Below are positions 1 to 11,900 of a stretch of 64,000 nucleotides of DNA, one piece after another. This DNA comes from Octopus bimaculoides. Lineage: Eukaryota. The stretch's first letter is position 1. Every line of letters starts with the position of its first letter. Both the position numbers and the translations under genes were made by a program. The notes beneath the pieces are model-generated. The model was not told where the DNA came from and made no database searches. It was given only the letters and a program-made list of their open reading frames with translations. The stretch covers positions 50,195,825 through 50,259,824 of the forward strand of contig NC_068996.1 in assembly GCF_001194135.2 (NCBI RefSeq), written 5' to 3'.

Positions 1-345
1 CCACAGAAACATGACATAGCCTACACTTGCGGTTGTACCTTGGGTTTAGAAGAGCATCACTGTCTCTCTTGTTTCTGGATTGCAAACAGCCTTCAAAGTG
101 TGATATGATGTAGTGGTTTTGTGTCCAAGAGGGGCTGTGCTTCGTGTCAATTCTCCTGTCTTCTTCAAGCTTCCGGGCAACATACCCATGAATAGTCTTT
201 TTTTCGTATGCTGAGTGCTTCCCATCCAGGTCTTCTCTGAGGTAAGAGAGCCCAGCTGTTTTGGGGCTGTATAGGAGATCATCAGGAAGAGAGTACTTCT
301 TCAGGAGCTCACTGTTAACTCATACAATGTTGCTCACTTCGCTTT
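1..345 (-). mobile_element. Decayed R4/Dong-like non-LTR retrotransposon, C-terminal part
   Basis: Minus-strand frames, with frameshifts, give HGYVARKL..IDTKHS.SW...FEG.(F)AIQKQ and RKCRLCHVSV, i.e. the pre-zinc-knuckle region of REL-type LINEs. Confidence 0.55.
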
Positions 346-1519
346 TCAGCACTGCATTTATATATTTATTTTAGCTGATGTTGTTTAGCAGGTACTGCCT
401 GAGTGATACCATACGGCATTCGAAGGCTGTCTACACTGATTTCAGGCCTCTACCACCTTCATTTCTTCTTAGGTAGAGCCTGTCAACATCACTGTTTCTG
501 TGGAAGTTCCTAGTTGTTGTCAGGATTTTGCAGGTTTTGATATGTATGTACAAATGTATGTTTGTTTATTTGCTATATATTCATGTTTGTACATAATTGT
601 ATGTACATATAGCTATACCATGTATGCATACATCTGTGTAGTCTCTTTGTGTGTGGTTGAGCATATACATGTGTGTATATATGCATGTAACTTAGAAACA
701 TCAATCTATATTGGTCCTTTTTCTTTTACTTTCTCCCTTTCTTTTCTCTTCTCTGTTTCTCTCCCCACACACTGTCTTTCAGCTTTTACTACTCATACTA
801 CCTTCCCTAAGTAATAAACATCATATTTGTTTTTGTGTGCTAGCTTCTCTTTTTCATTGACCCCAGGCAAAAGTTAATCAGATCTGAATTTCCTGTAGCC
901 ACTCCATAAATCTGAATATGTAGCCAACAAAATCTATCTCCTAATGGCAATCAGTGAGTAGGGTTTGCCATTGGCTCTTTACCAATTTCTCTTTCCATTC
1001 ATCTTTTTTTTTTTTTTATATTCTTAAAATGTACATTTCTCTCCCAGCCCGTTTTTTCTCTTATTACTCATTATAGCAGGTAATTTTCAACTGAATGCCC
1101 AAATGTACCTGATAGAAAAGGGCACCACATGGCTATGAAACATTCATAATGTTATATAATAGGCATTTGATGCCTCTTTTGAGAAATCAATAAATCTATC
1201 CACCCCCATCCATCCATGTGTGTGTGTGTGTATGTGTGTCTGTATGTGTGTGTGAAAGTGCATGGCTCAGTGATTAGAGAGTCGGGCTCACAATCATGAG
1301 GTTGTGAGTTTGATTCCCAGACTGGGAGCTAATCAATTACATTGGCCCCAGTATTTGATTGATACTTATTTTATCAACCCTGAAAGAATGAAAGACAAAG
1401 AAAACATTGCAGGATTTGAACTTGAAACTTGAAGGTGGACAAATGCCACTAAGAATTTTGTCCAGTATGCTAATTATCACATCAGCTAGTGAATGTGCCA
1501 GAGATTGCTGATGAAATAG

Positions 1520-2140
1520 TGAAGATGATCTAGTTGGATAAGTGACAGTAAATGCTGCACAAGACTTGGTTGATGAAGAGAAGAAGATTCTAGAAATGCT
1601 GCAAGGTAAAATGGGTGATGGGAACAATGAAGTACCACCAGAAATGTCAGATATATGGACAGAGAAATGTCAGATATATGGACAGAGAAATGTCAGATAT
1701 ATGGACAAAGGGGAAAGTAAGGAGAGTCACAGGCAAAGTAAATGATGTTTTGAGCTTAATTAGAACAGAAAACATTAGTGAAACAAACAAGCTAATCATA
1801 GCTGCTGTTAATGCTGTAGCTGACATAGTAGGATACAAGTGGAAAACTGACGAAATGAAAGAATGAAACTGGAGAAAAGGAATGTGAATGGAGTTCAGAA
1901 AGACAAGGAAAGAACTGGGGAAATTGAATAGGATAATGAGAGGAGAGCTCAAGAATAAGGTAGTAATCAGAAAATTGAATGGGCAGGAGAAGTTAGAAGA
2001 GAAGGGAAAGCAAGCAGTACATAAAGAATTGTCACAAAGGATGACAGCATTAAAGGCCAAATCAAGAAAGATATGATGCTGAATGCAAAGGCTTTGAACA
2101 GAATAAACTTCCAGTCAAATAGAAGGCATCTTTTTGAGAA
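1520..2140 (+). mobile_element. Decayed R4/Dong-like LINE, N-terminal part
   Basis: Interrupted frames ISETNKLIIAAVNAV...KELSQRMTALKAK...NKL(F)QSNR resemble the region upstream of RT in R4/Dong ORFs. Confidence 0.5.
1640..1708. repeat. 23-bp tandem repeat x3 (agaaatgtcagatatatggacag)
   Basis: Direct inspection. Confidence 0.95.
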
Positions 2141-2142
2141 AG

Positions 2143-3238
2143 ATGGGCCGTGACTGCTGAGGACATGCGTAAGCTCGCAAGAAACAAAGCCAGTATGCTC
2201 CAATGGATGTGTAATGTCAGTGTGCATACTCAACAGAGTGTAAGTACCTTGAGAGAAAAGTTAGACCTAAGAAGCATCAGTTGTGGTATGCAAGAGAGAC
2301 GATTGTGCTGGTATGGTCATGTGGCGAGAGTGGATGAGGATAGCTGTGTGAAAAAATGCCACACCCTAGCAGTTGAGGGAACCTGTGGAAGAGGTAGACC
2401 CAGGAAGACCTGGGATGAGGTTATGAAGCACGACCTTTGAACTTTAGGCCTCACTGAGGCAATAAGCAGTGACCGGGACCTTTGGAAATATGCAGTACAT
2501 GAGAAGACCCGGGAAACCAAGTGAGAGCATAATCTGTGGCCTCTGCCAGAAGTGTAGCCATCTCACTAATTCGTATCTTTACTTCATTGGACACTAAAAA
2601 CCCTGCTTGCGAAGACCTGTTGAGGCAAGTGAATTTCGAATTTGAAACTGAAATCGAAATCGAACCGAATCCGACGACTGGCACCCATGCCAACCTCTCC
2701 TTCATTGGACACTAAACTCTGCTTGCGAAGACTTGTTGGGGCAAGTGAAATAGTAATTGAACCATACTTGATGACTGGCACCTGCGCCAGTGGAGCACTA
2801 ACAGCACTGTCCGAGCGCGTTCATTGCCAGAGCAGCTGTCTGGTTTCCATGCTAGTGGCCCGTAAATAGCACCATTCAAGCGTAATCGTTACCAGCGTTG
2901 CCTTCTAGCACTTGTGCTGGTGGCACGTTAGAAAATCATTCGAGCGAGGTCGTTGCCAGTAACCCTGGACTGGCTCCTGTGCAGGTGGCACGCAAAAAAC
3001 ACCTTTTTGAGTGTGGCGTTGCCAGTACCATGTGACTGGCCCTTGTGCTGGTGGCACGTAAAAGCATCCACTATACTCTCGGAGTGGTTGGCATTAGGAA
3101 GGGCATCCAGCTGTAGAAACTCTGCCAGATCAGATTGGAGTCTGGTGCAGCCATCTGGCTTGCCAGTGCTCAGTCAAATCGTCCAACCCATACTAGCATG
3201 GAAAGCGGACGTTAAACGATGATGGTGATGATGATGAT
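2143..3238 (+). mobile_element. 5'-truncated RTE-clade LINE with long 3' UTR and (GAT)n tail
   Basis: AVTAEDMRKLARN...RRLCWYGHV...GRGRPRKTW ORF2 end, UTR repeats, then the ggaagggcatccagctgtagaaac...gttaaacgatgatg tail found many times in the window. Confidence 0.88.
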
Positions 3239-3312
3239 CAATAGATGTGAGAGTGAGAAAGAAACGAGGAGGGAGGTCTTGGGATGTGCTAGAAACAATA
3301 GTCAGATCTCCC

Positions 3313-4094
3313 NNNNNNNNNNNNNNNNNNNNNNNNNNNNNNNNNNNNNNNNNNNNNNNNNNNNNNNNNNNNNNNNNNNNNNNNNNNNNNNNNNNNNNNN
3401 NNNNNNNNNNNNNNNNNNNNNNNNNNNNNNNNNNNNNNNNNNNNNNNNNNNNNNNNNNNNNNNNNNNNNNNNNNNNNNNNNNNNNNNNNNNNNNNNNNNN
3501 NNNNNNNNNNNNNNNNNNNNNNNNNNNNNNNNNNNNNNNNNNNNNNNNNNNNNNNNNNNNNNNNNNNNNNNNNNNNNNNNNNNNNNNNNNNNNNNNNNNN
3601 NNNNNNNNNNNNNNNNNNNNNNNNNNNNNNNNNNNNNNNNNNNNNNNNNNNNNNNNNNNNNNNNNNNNNNNNNNNNNNNNNNNNNNNNNNNNNNNNNNNN
3701 NNNNNNNNNNNNNNNNNNNNNNNNNNNNNNNNNNNNNNNNNNNNNNNNNNNNNNNNNNNNNNNNNNNNNNNNNNNNNNNNNNNNNNNNNNNNNNNNNNNN
3801 NNNNNNNNNNNNNNNNNNNNNNNNNNNNNNNNNNNNNNNNNNNNNNNNNNNNNNNNNNNNNNNNNNNNNNNNNNNNNNNNNNNNNNNNNNNNNNNNNNNN
3901 NNNNNNNNNNNNNNNNNNNNNNNNNNNNNNNNNNNNNNNNNNNNNNNNNNNNNNNNNNNNNNNNNNNNNNNNNNNNNNNNNNNNNNNNNNNNNNNNNNNN
4001 NNNNNNNNNNNNNNNNNNNNNNNNNNNNNNNNNNNNNNNNNNNNNNNNNNNNNNNNNNNNNNNNNNNNNNNNNNNNNNNNNNNNNNNNNNNNNN
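3313..4094. other. Assembly gap (other gaps: 9209-9580, about 23496-24373, 30030-30112, 41183-41192, 46756-47541)
   Basis: N runs. The KIF4 reading frame does not require any exon hidden in them. Confidence 0.99.
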
Positions 4095-4198
4095 CCGTGG
4101 TTAATGCTATGAACGTGCTGGCTTAAGTAAATTCCGTTGAACCTTGTGGTGTGTGACCAGTAGGAGCGCTTTGTGCTGTTTGGTTGGTTTTTTTTTTT

Positions 4199-4437
4199 GG
4201 TAATTTTTCAGATTAACACCCGCACGATCTTCACTAGGGTATTAGGGTTAGGATTTTAGGGTTTTAGGGTTAGGGTTTAGGGTTAGGGCTTAGGGTTAGG
4301 GTTAGGGTTTAGGGTTAGGATTACGGTTAGGGTTAGGAAATTCCGTCTCTAACCGTAACCGTAACCCTAATCCTAACCGTAACCCTAACCCTAACACCCT
4401 AGTGAAGATCGTGCGGGTGTTAATCTGAAAAATTACC
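4199..4437. mobile_element. Palindromic foldback/MITE-like element containing head-to-head (TTAGGG)n/(CCCTAA)n arrays
   Basis: Perfect 42-bp inverted repeats at 4199-4240 and 4396-4437; telomere-like arrays inside; T-run flanks on both sides. Confidence 0.7.
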
Positions 4438-5923
4438 GTTTTTTTTCCTTTCTTCCCTACAAATGGTTTCAAAACAGTCTTAGCAGAAAGATTTGGATGA
4501 ATTAGAAGAAAGTTCTCCCGTAATTTTCTTTCGCACAAATAAATGTTAGATCGCCTAAAGGTTTATATTAATTTAAGAATTTGCCAGCAAAATCTTATAA
4601 AATGATCATGTTCTAGATCTTAAAAAAAAAAGGGAAAAAAGAAAGAAAAACAAGTTGAGTAAAATTATGATAGCCCATATCTGCAAAAGCATTTAACGAA
4701 ATTCTCAAAACAATGTTTACCCCAGTGCTTTTTTTTTTACAACTGGTGTCACGATGCCCCAGCGTATATGCAGTCGTTAGGGCTCAGCGAGGCTATAAAT
4801 TTAAATAATACAATTAGCAAAACAAATGTACAAGTCTATACACACACACAAAAAAAAATTTTTTTAATGGATGAATGCAAGCGAAGAGGATGAGAAAAGG
4901 CACATTGGAGTACAGCAAATATTCCTCTAGAGTTTAAGTTTTCTTGAGTGGACTAAAACATTGCTTTACCTAAGGTAAAAAGAGAGCTGCGAGTGGGGTG
5001 GTGCGGTCACACGAGCGTGGGAACCTGTTCTACTCAGATTGTTATTCCTCCTGTTTAAACTGGCGCAGCTTTTGTCGAGTACCTAATTTTATAGTTATAA
5101 TTTCTATCTAATAATTTTCCAATTTTGGTTTAACGCTTTAGCTTCGTTCACTTCTACCATTAATATCTAGAAAATCAGAATCAATATTTCTTAAAGAGAC
5201 GATTGCATGGCGACAAATGAATGAAGATGACACTTTATCCTCCGTGTTCCATTTTAAAAGCGGTTTGTGTTCCATGGTAAAATGAAATCAAATAAATGGT
5301 TACTTAAACGTTTTTAAACACAGGACAGAAGGGAACTGTATAAGTACCTTGATCTTTACCCTTTGTGACATTGTTATTTTTGAAAGAGGCTATTATTGTA
5401 GGTGGACGTAAACAGGGTCATCTCAGTAGCATTGTAGTCACCCTGGTAATTCAGTGCACTGGTCCTGTAGTATTTATTTATTGACAAGCCGCAGCATACG
5501 TTGATCAGAATTGGGCCCCTAGACCAGTGATGTCCTCAGAAAGAAAGCTACCCATGCCTTCAGATGGCTGAGGACGTGAAGTTATAAAAATTGTTTAAGT
5601 GACACTGTATTAGCGCTCTAGAAATAACAGCCAAATCGTTAGCCAAACCCCTGCAAACTTTTCTTTTCTGTTAGAGGACACATTGAATAATAATAGCAGT
5701 GAATAAAAAAAGAGATAGAATGATCATGGATTGGAAAATAGAGGAATTCGTGATCAGATCAGGGTAAATAGAGTCCCCTTGAACGAGACTGTCATAAGTC
5801 CTAGGGACGGTTACAAGTTTCCTTTGGCGTGTCGAAATCACAACATGCCCCCTGAATTGGATGCCAATCCATCGCAGGTTTTAATTTAAGCTATGGATAT
5901 TCTCTTCAGATCTGGGTAACAGG

Positions 5924-5958
<35 letters not shown>

Positions 5959-5980
5959 AAACCCTATAGCATAATAATTT

Positions 5981-6258
5981 ATTTCTTTATTGCCCACAGG
6001 GGGCTAAACATAATAGTTCTGTTATAATACAAGGTCTGAAATTTGGGGGAAGGGGCTAGTCGATTATATCGACTTTGAAAGAACGAAAAGCAAAGTCAAA
6101 CTCGGCGAAAATTTGAACTCAGAACGTTTCACCGGACGAAGTGTTGTCATGTATTTCGTCCGACATGATAACCAAAACACTAAATGAATCAACCGCCTTC
6201 GACTCTGCTTCTGTCGTCGTCACCGCCTTCGACTCTGCTTCTGTCGTCGTCACCGCCT
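5981..6258 (-). mobile_element. tRNA-derived SINE (family B) remnant abutting the KIF4 promoter
   Basis: Reverse complement matches gttctgagttcaaattccgccgagg...gactttgcc and the gggcaataaagaaat tail of the copy at 16350. Confidence 0.7.
6192..6258. repeat. 30-bp tandem repeat x2.2 (accgccttcgactctgcttctgtcgtcgtc)
   Basis: Direct inspection. Confidence 0.95.
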
Positions 6259-6293
6259 CCAACCCTGAGCAACTGTTTGATTTAGAGCCTCGT

Positions 6294-6340
6294 TTTGAAC
6301 TAACCAATCAGCGAAGAGTGGAACGGCGGCAATTTGAAAA
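6294..6340 (+). promoter_or_regulatory. Candidate cell-cycle promoter: TTTGAA (6294-6299), NF-Y box AACCAATCAG (6302-6311), GGCGG (6325-6329) plus CHR TTTGAA (6333-6338)
   Basis: Motifs read directly from the sequence. CCAAT + CDE/CHR is the known layout of G2/M gene promoters; the spacer here is 3 nt rather than the usual 4. Confidence 0.5.
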
Positions 6341-6347
6341 ATAATTT

Positions 6348-6393
6348 TTAGTTTACATCAAACGAATTTGTTAGTCTCGATTTGTATCAATTG
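6348..6393 (+). other. KIF4: Probable non-coding first exon of KIF4 (5' end approximate)
   Basis: G|GTAAGT donor at 6394, downstream of the CCAAT/CHR motifs and an Inr-like TTAGTT (6348-6353). The start codon at 7906 follows an acceptor at 7903, so an upstream exon is needed. Confidence 0.55.
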
Positions 6394-7905
6394 GTAAGTA
6401 ATTTATTTACTCTATTTATTATTTGTCTTGTGTGTTTCCAACATAATTTACTCCTTCATCAACCAAAATCTATGGTACAATGTCATTGTAGTTATGATCA
6501 TTGAATTTCTTAATGAGTTTAATACAAGACTTACTTTTATTTGAATGAATCTCTTGTCATTTATTTAAAAATAAAAACTGTGCATATGGATGTGATTTGA
6601 TTAATTTTACAAATCGTTCCGTATAAACGAGCACAGTGATGGATATAAATTAGTTTTTACGTAAGGTAACCTGTACTATATGCACCTAATACATTTTTTT
6701 CTCGCTTGCATTTTCGAAAAATAAACCCATACACACACACACACATAAATACACATACATACACGTTATATTTACACTTTATTTTTATTGTCGTCGTGTT
6801 ATTATAATTGTTTTTTATTTTATTAAATACATATATAACCATTTTTCATTTATGATGTATGAGATTTTTCGACATTCTTTATAATATACACTAACTATCC
6901 ACTAACATCAGAAATGACTAACGATGTGTGTGTGTTTTTTTTTTAACTGTCTATCATCATTATCACACCACTCAGTTAATTGCCCAAAACCAGTATGACT
7001 CCAATTAAAAAAAAAACGTATTTACTCAATTAAAATACGATTCTCTAAATATAATGCAACCCCAACTTTTTTGTATTTAAATAGCTTGTAATATATATTT
7101 TATCTTTTATCTTTTTGTCACTCCATTTAATAATGTTAGGGCGATCTGGCAGAATCGCTATCATGCCGTGACAAAATACCTAAAGATGTTCTGAGTTCCA
7201 GTTTTGCCGAGATAGACAAATTAAGTATCAGTAAAGTATTGGGATCAATATAATTGATTAGTCCCCTCCCCTCAAACTTTAAAACCCTCTGCTCATGGTA
7301 GAAAATATTTAATAATACTTCTAAACTGCCATAAAGTTTTACCCTATTTTTTAATTAAATTTGTCGCATTACAAACTGGTGTTATTGAAAATATTCAGAA
7401 ATTGTTACTTTTCTGTAATTTGTTAGACAATTTGCCCTATTTTTTGCTCCTCATCTTTTCAGCTGACTTTACAGGAGTCCTTTGGATTTTGATGTAGACA
7501 ATAGAAATTTTATTTTTCAAATGTTTCTTTATAGAATAAAATTTCTTTGCTATATTTTCCCATTGTCTTTACTTAGAGGCAAATGAATTAATTTAAAACT
7601 TTTTTCTTCGGAGATTATCTTATGTATAAAATTTCGATTTATTGTAATTTTTTTCTCCCGAGAATTCTTAAGCTTTATTGCTTGGAACATGTTTATATTA
7701 AGTTAACATGACTATGTAATAAATAAATCAAATTGAATTTAAATTAAGAAATTTCGATCGATATCTTCCAAATAACGGACCGTGACAATAACAGTTTACT
7801 TCATGACAGCTATTTAAAAATAGTCTGAAATATTTCCATATATTATTATTTTTTATTTATTTATTTGTATGTTATTAAGATGTGTTTCTACTTTTCTCTC
7901 TAGAA

Positions 7906-8122
7906 ATGGCAATCCCAGTTAAAGTGGCAGTCCGTTGCCGACCATTGAACAACAAAGAAACCGAAGAAGGTGGTCAGACGTGTGTAGATTTTCCTTCTGA
8001 AGGATCGTGCATTTGTCTACGTAAAAAAATATTCGCTTTTAACTATGTTTTCTCACCTGAAATACCTCAAATAACTTTATATGAGGAAACTGTGAAGCCT
8101 TTAATAAATAATCTATTTTCAG
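7906..8122 (+). CDS. KIF4: KIF4 coding exon 1 (MAIPVKVAVRCRPL...KPLINNLFS/G)
   Basis: Acceptor tctctag at 7903, ATG at 7906, donor GTGAGA at 8123, phase 1. Kinesin N-terminal beta1 motif. Confidence 0.93.
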
Positions 8123-8538
8123 GTGAGACTTTTCTTTTTTTTGTTTATACTTTTAAAATGAATTAATGTTTAGTGAGTCAGAAGAATTTAAAAGCGTCCA
8201 TGAGCTTTTTTTTTTTTTTTTGTACCGCCAAGAGACTAACGGGAAAACAGAAGGAAGTTCACCTCTGACCTGCTTCGAATGCATGTAAAATCGGACGCCC
8301 TCTAAAGATATCTTTGGTCCAATTGAGGGTGTTAAGCCGGTTGAAATTCACACTACCACTAAAAAATTCAGGAATTGTTCCTCAAGTGGGATTTTCCACA
8401 GTTTCTGCTCACCATATTCACCAGTCAGAAGCAAGGCGATAGTTAAGGCACTTGCCTAAGAAGCTGCAAACTTCTAACCACCACACAGCCATGCGTATGA
8501 GTTATTTTCAGTCTCAGTGTTTTTGGTGAACACACACA

Positions 8539-8542
<4 letters not shown>

Positions 8543-8604
<62 letters not shown>

Positions 8605-8609
8605 TGCCT

Positions 8610-8642
<33 letters not shown>

Positions 8643-8830
8643 GTGTGTATGTGTGTGCCAAGGTTATGCCGAATTTTATCTGCCACCTTAGGTCTTCTGG
8701 ATACTAATACCTCATATATTTTTATATATACACGCATTCATATATGTATATATGCAAATGTTTTTATATATACACGCATACATATATGTATATATGCTTA
8801 TATATATATATATATATAAATGCATATATA
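8543..8830. repeat. (TA)n-rich microsatellite
   Basis: Direct inspection. Confidence 0.95.
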
Positions 8831-9052
8831 CAAATATGTATGCATAGTATTCATATTTTCTTTGATACTTTAGCTCGCTACCTTGCTTTGCCTCAATTCA
8901 TGATGTTAGTGCTTTGTGTGGCTTTTCGAGTTGTTTTTACTCTTATTTCTAGCAATTGCCCGTACTAACTTGTACCCTTGTCTATTAACTTGCCTTTAGG
9001 TTTTAATTGCTTATGGGCCACCTGTATTATAATACATCTAATATATGGTATT

Positions 9053-9105
<53 letters not shown>

Positions 9106-9145
9106 TATATATACATAAATATATATGTATATGTGTGTGTATATA

Positions 9146-9640
9146 TGCGCAGGAGTGGCTGTGTGGTAAGTAGCTTCCTTACCAACCACATGGTTCTGGG
9201 TTCAGTCCNNNNNNNNNNNNNNNNNNNNNNNNNNNNNNNNNNNNNNNNNNNNNNNNNNNNNNNNNNNNNNNNNNNNNNNNNNNNNNNNNNNNNNNNNNNN
9301 NNNNNNNNNNNNNNNNNNNNNNNNNNNNNNNNNNNNNNNNNNNNNNNNNNNNNNNNNNNNNNNNNNNNNNNNNNNNNNNNNNNNNNNNNNNNNNNNNNNN
9401 NNNNNNNNNNNNNNNNNNNNNNNNNNNNNNNNNNNNNNNNNNNNNNNNNNNNNNNNNNNNNNNNNNNNNNNNNNNNNNNNNNNNNNNNNNNNNNNNNNNN
9501 NNNNNNNNNNNNNNNNNNNNNNNNNNNNNNNNNNNNNNNNNNNNNNNNNNNNNNNNNNNNNNNNNNNNNNNNNNNNNNNNAAGGTGGTGCTCCAGCATGA
9601 TGGCCGCAGTTAAATGACTGAAACAAGTAAAGATATATGC
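9146..9640 (+). mobile_element. SINE family A (tRNA head, CORE-like domain), interrupted by a gap
   Basis: A box tggctgtgtgg, B box ggttcagtcc; 3' end gactgaaacaagtaaa. Confidence 0.8.
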
Positions 9641-9659
9641 ATATATATATTTGTGTGCG

Positions 9660-10570
9660 GGTGACACGTAAAAACACCCACTACACTCTCTGAGTGGTTG
9701 GCGTTAGGAAGGGCATCCAGCTGTAGAAACTCTGCGAAATTAGATTGGAGCCTGGTGTTGCCATCCGGTTTCACCAGTCCTCAGTCAAATCGTCCAACCC
9801 ATGCTAGCATGGAAAGCGGACGTTAAACGATGATGATGATGATGATGATGATATATATATTTTATTGGCACCGCGCCAGTGGAGCACTAACACCACTGTC
9901 GAGCATGTTCATTGCCAGAGCAGCTGTCTGGGTTCCGTGTTCGTAAATAGCACCATTTGAGTGAGGTCGTTGCCAGTGCCGCTGGACTGACTCCTGTGCA
10001 GGTGGCACGTAAAAAACACCTTTTTGAGCGTGGCTGTTGCCAGTACTGTGTGACTGGCACATAAAAGCACCCACTACACTCTCGGAATGGTTGGCGTTAG
10101 GAAGGGCATCCAGCTGTAAAAACTACCAGATTAGATTGGAGCCAGTCAGGTGTTTTTTTACCTGCCACTGGAACAGAAGCCAGTAAGGTGATGCAGGTAA
10201 CGATCACGCTCAAATGGTGCTATTTACGTGCCACTGGCACGGAAGCCAGACAGCTGCTCTGGCAATGATCACGCTCGGATGGTGCTCTTAGCACTCCACT
10301 GGCACAGGTGCCAGTCATCAAATTTGGTTCAATCACGATTTCAATTTCACTTGCCCCAACAAGTCTTCGCAAGCCGAGTTTAGTGTCCAATGAAGGAGGT
10401 TTGGCATGGGTACCAGTCGTCGAATTTGGATCAATTTCATTTGCCTCAACAGGTCTTCACAAACAAAGTTTAGTGTCCAATGAAGGAAAGGTATGCATAA
10501 GTGGGCTGGCTACACCCCTGGCAGAGGCTTCGGATTATGGTCTCACTTGGCTTGCTGGGTCTTCTCATGC
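9660..10570. mobile_element. Cluster of RTE 3' UTR/tail fragments in both orientations
   Basis: Matches to the 2540-3238 sequence. Confidence 0.75.
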
Positions 10571-11664
10571 ACTATGCATAAATGTATATATTTATTCTGC
10601 TTATTGAGTTCCACCCAATAATGGATGTGCAGCTAATTGTCTTTTTATGTTGCTGTTTGTTTTGCAGTATGCAACAGGCTGTGACTTATTTTTATTTCTC
10701 ATTTTCTAAGCTTTTCTGCTTGTATGCTTTTAGCATACGAGTTTAAAATATTTGAAAATCCTTTTTTTTTTCCCCCATAAAAAAGCAGTCTTCTGAATTT
10801 GGCATACAGAAAGTTAGAAATTGTGTTGATTGTAAGTGAAAGTTACACAATCACTAACTCATTCTGGATACTTAACATTTTAAATGTTTTATTTGTAAGT
10901 TTCATAGGTGTAGCTGTGTATTTGAGAAAATTGCTTCCAACCATGGTCTTGAATTCAGTCCTACTGTGCAAGTGTCTTCTGCTATAGCTTCGAACTAACC
11001 AAAACTTTGTGGTGGATTTGGTATATGGAAACTGAAAGAAGCCCTTTGTGTGTGTAAATATATATATATATATATATATAAACACACGTATATATATATA
11101 TATATAAACGTGTATGTGTGCCTTTGTTCCCCACTACTGCTTGACAGTCAGTGTTGGTGTGTTTACATCCCCATGACTTAGTGGTTCTGTAAAAGGAACC
11201 AATAAAATAAATATTGGTGTCGATTTGTTTGACTAATGTTCTTGAAGGTAGTGCCCCAGCATCACTGCATTCTAATGACTGAAACTAGTAAAAATAAGAT
11301 AGCCTAAAGGGGTTTTGTTTACATTTTGAACACAAGGTGCAGGCGTGGCTGTGTGGTAAGAAGTCTGCTTCCCAACCACACAGTTTTGGGTTTAATTCCT
11401 TTGTGTGACACTTTGAGCAAGTGTCTTCCATACTACTGGCAATGGGAAATATCATCTTGCTTGGAAACAGGTGAGGGTTGGTGACAGCAAGGGCATCTGG
11501 CTGTAGAAAATCTGCCTCTGAACTCTGTTTGACCCATGCAAGCATGGAAAAGTTGGTATTAAAGCAGTGAAGGTCATGGATTATCATGTCATTTGAATGC
11601 AGGTTGCTTTGGTCCTTGTGAAATAAATCTAATCATTAAAATGAGCCCCATTTAAGATAAATAT

Positions 11665-11864
11665 CTCTTTTACTCGTTTCAGTCATTTGACTCCAGCCAT
11701 GCTGGAGCACCACCTTTAGTCGAACAAATCGACCCCAGGACTTATTCTTTGGATGCCTAGTACTTATTCTATCGGTCTCTTATGCTGAACCGCTAAGTTA
11801 CGGGGACCTAAACACACCACCATCGGTTGTCAAGCGATGTTGAGGGGGACAGACACAAACAAAT

Positions 11865-11900
<36 letters not shown>

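Noticed and set aside
1262-1325. tRNA-like A/B boxes, here and in family A/B heads
   Set aside because: They continue into dispersed repeat bodies and form no cloverleaf; these are SINE heads, not tRNA genes.
1640-1708. CRISPR-like repeats (also 6192-6258)
   Set aside because: Contiguous tandem duplications with no spacers, in a eukaryotic context.
4234-4400. True telomere or chromosome-fusion site
   Set aside because: The arrays are short, degenerate and enclosed by perfect unique-sequence inverted repeats, which fits an element or fold-back better.
4095-6290. PDZD11, the divergent neighbour of vertebrate KIF4A
   Set aside because: No PDZ-like coding sequence found upstream.
8443-9100. 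YIYIYI/VCVC-rich ORFs
   Set aside because: Translations of TA/CA microsatellites; the same applies to 32088-32380 and 45306-45670.
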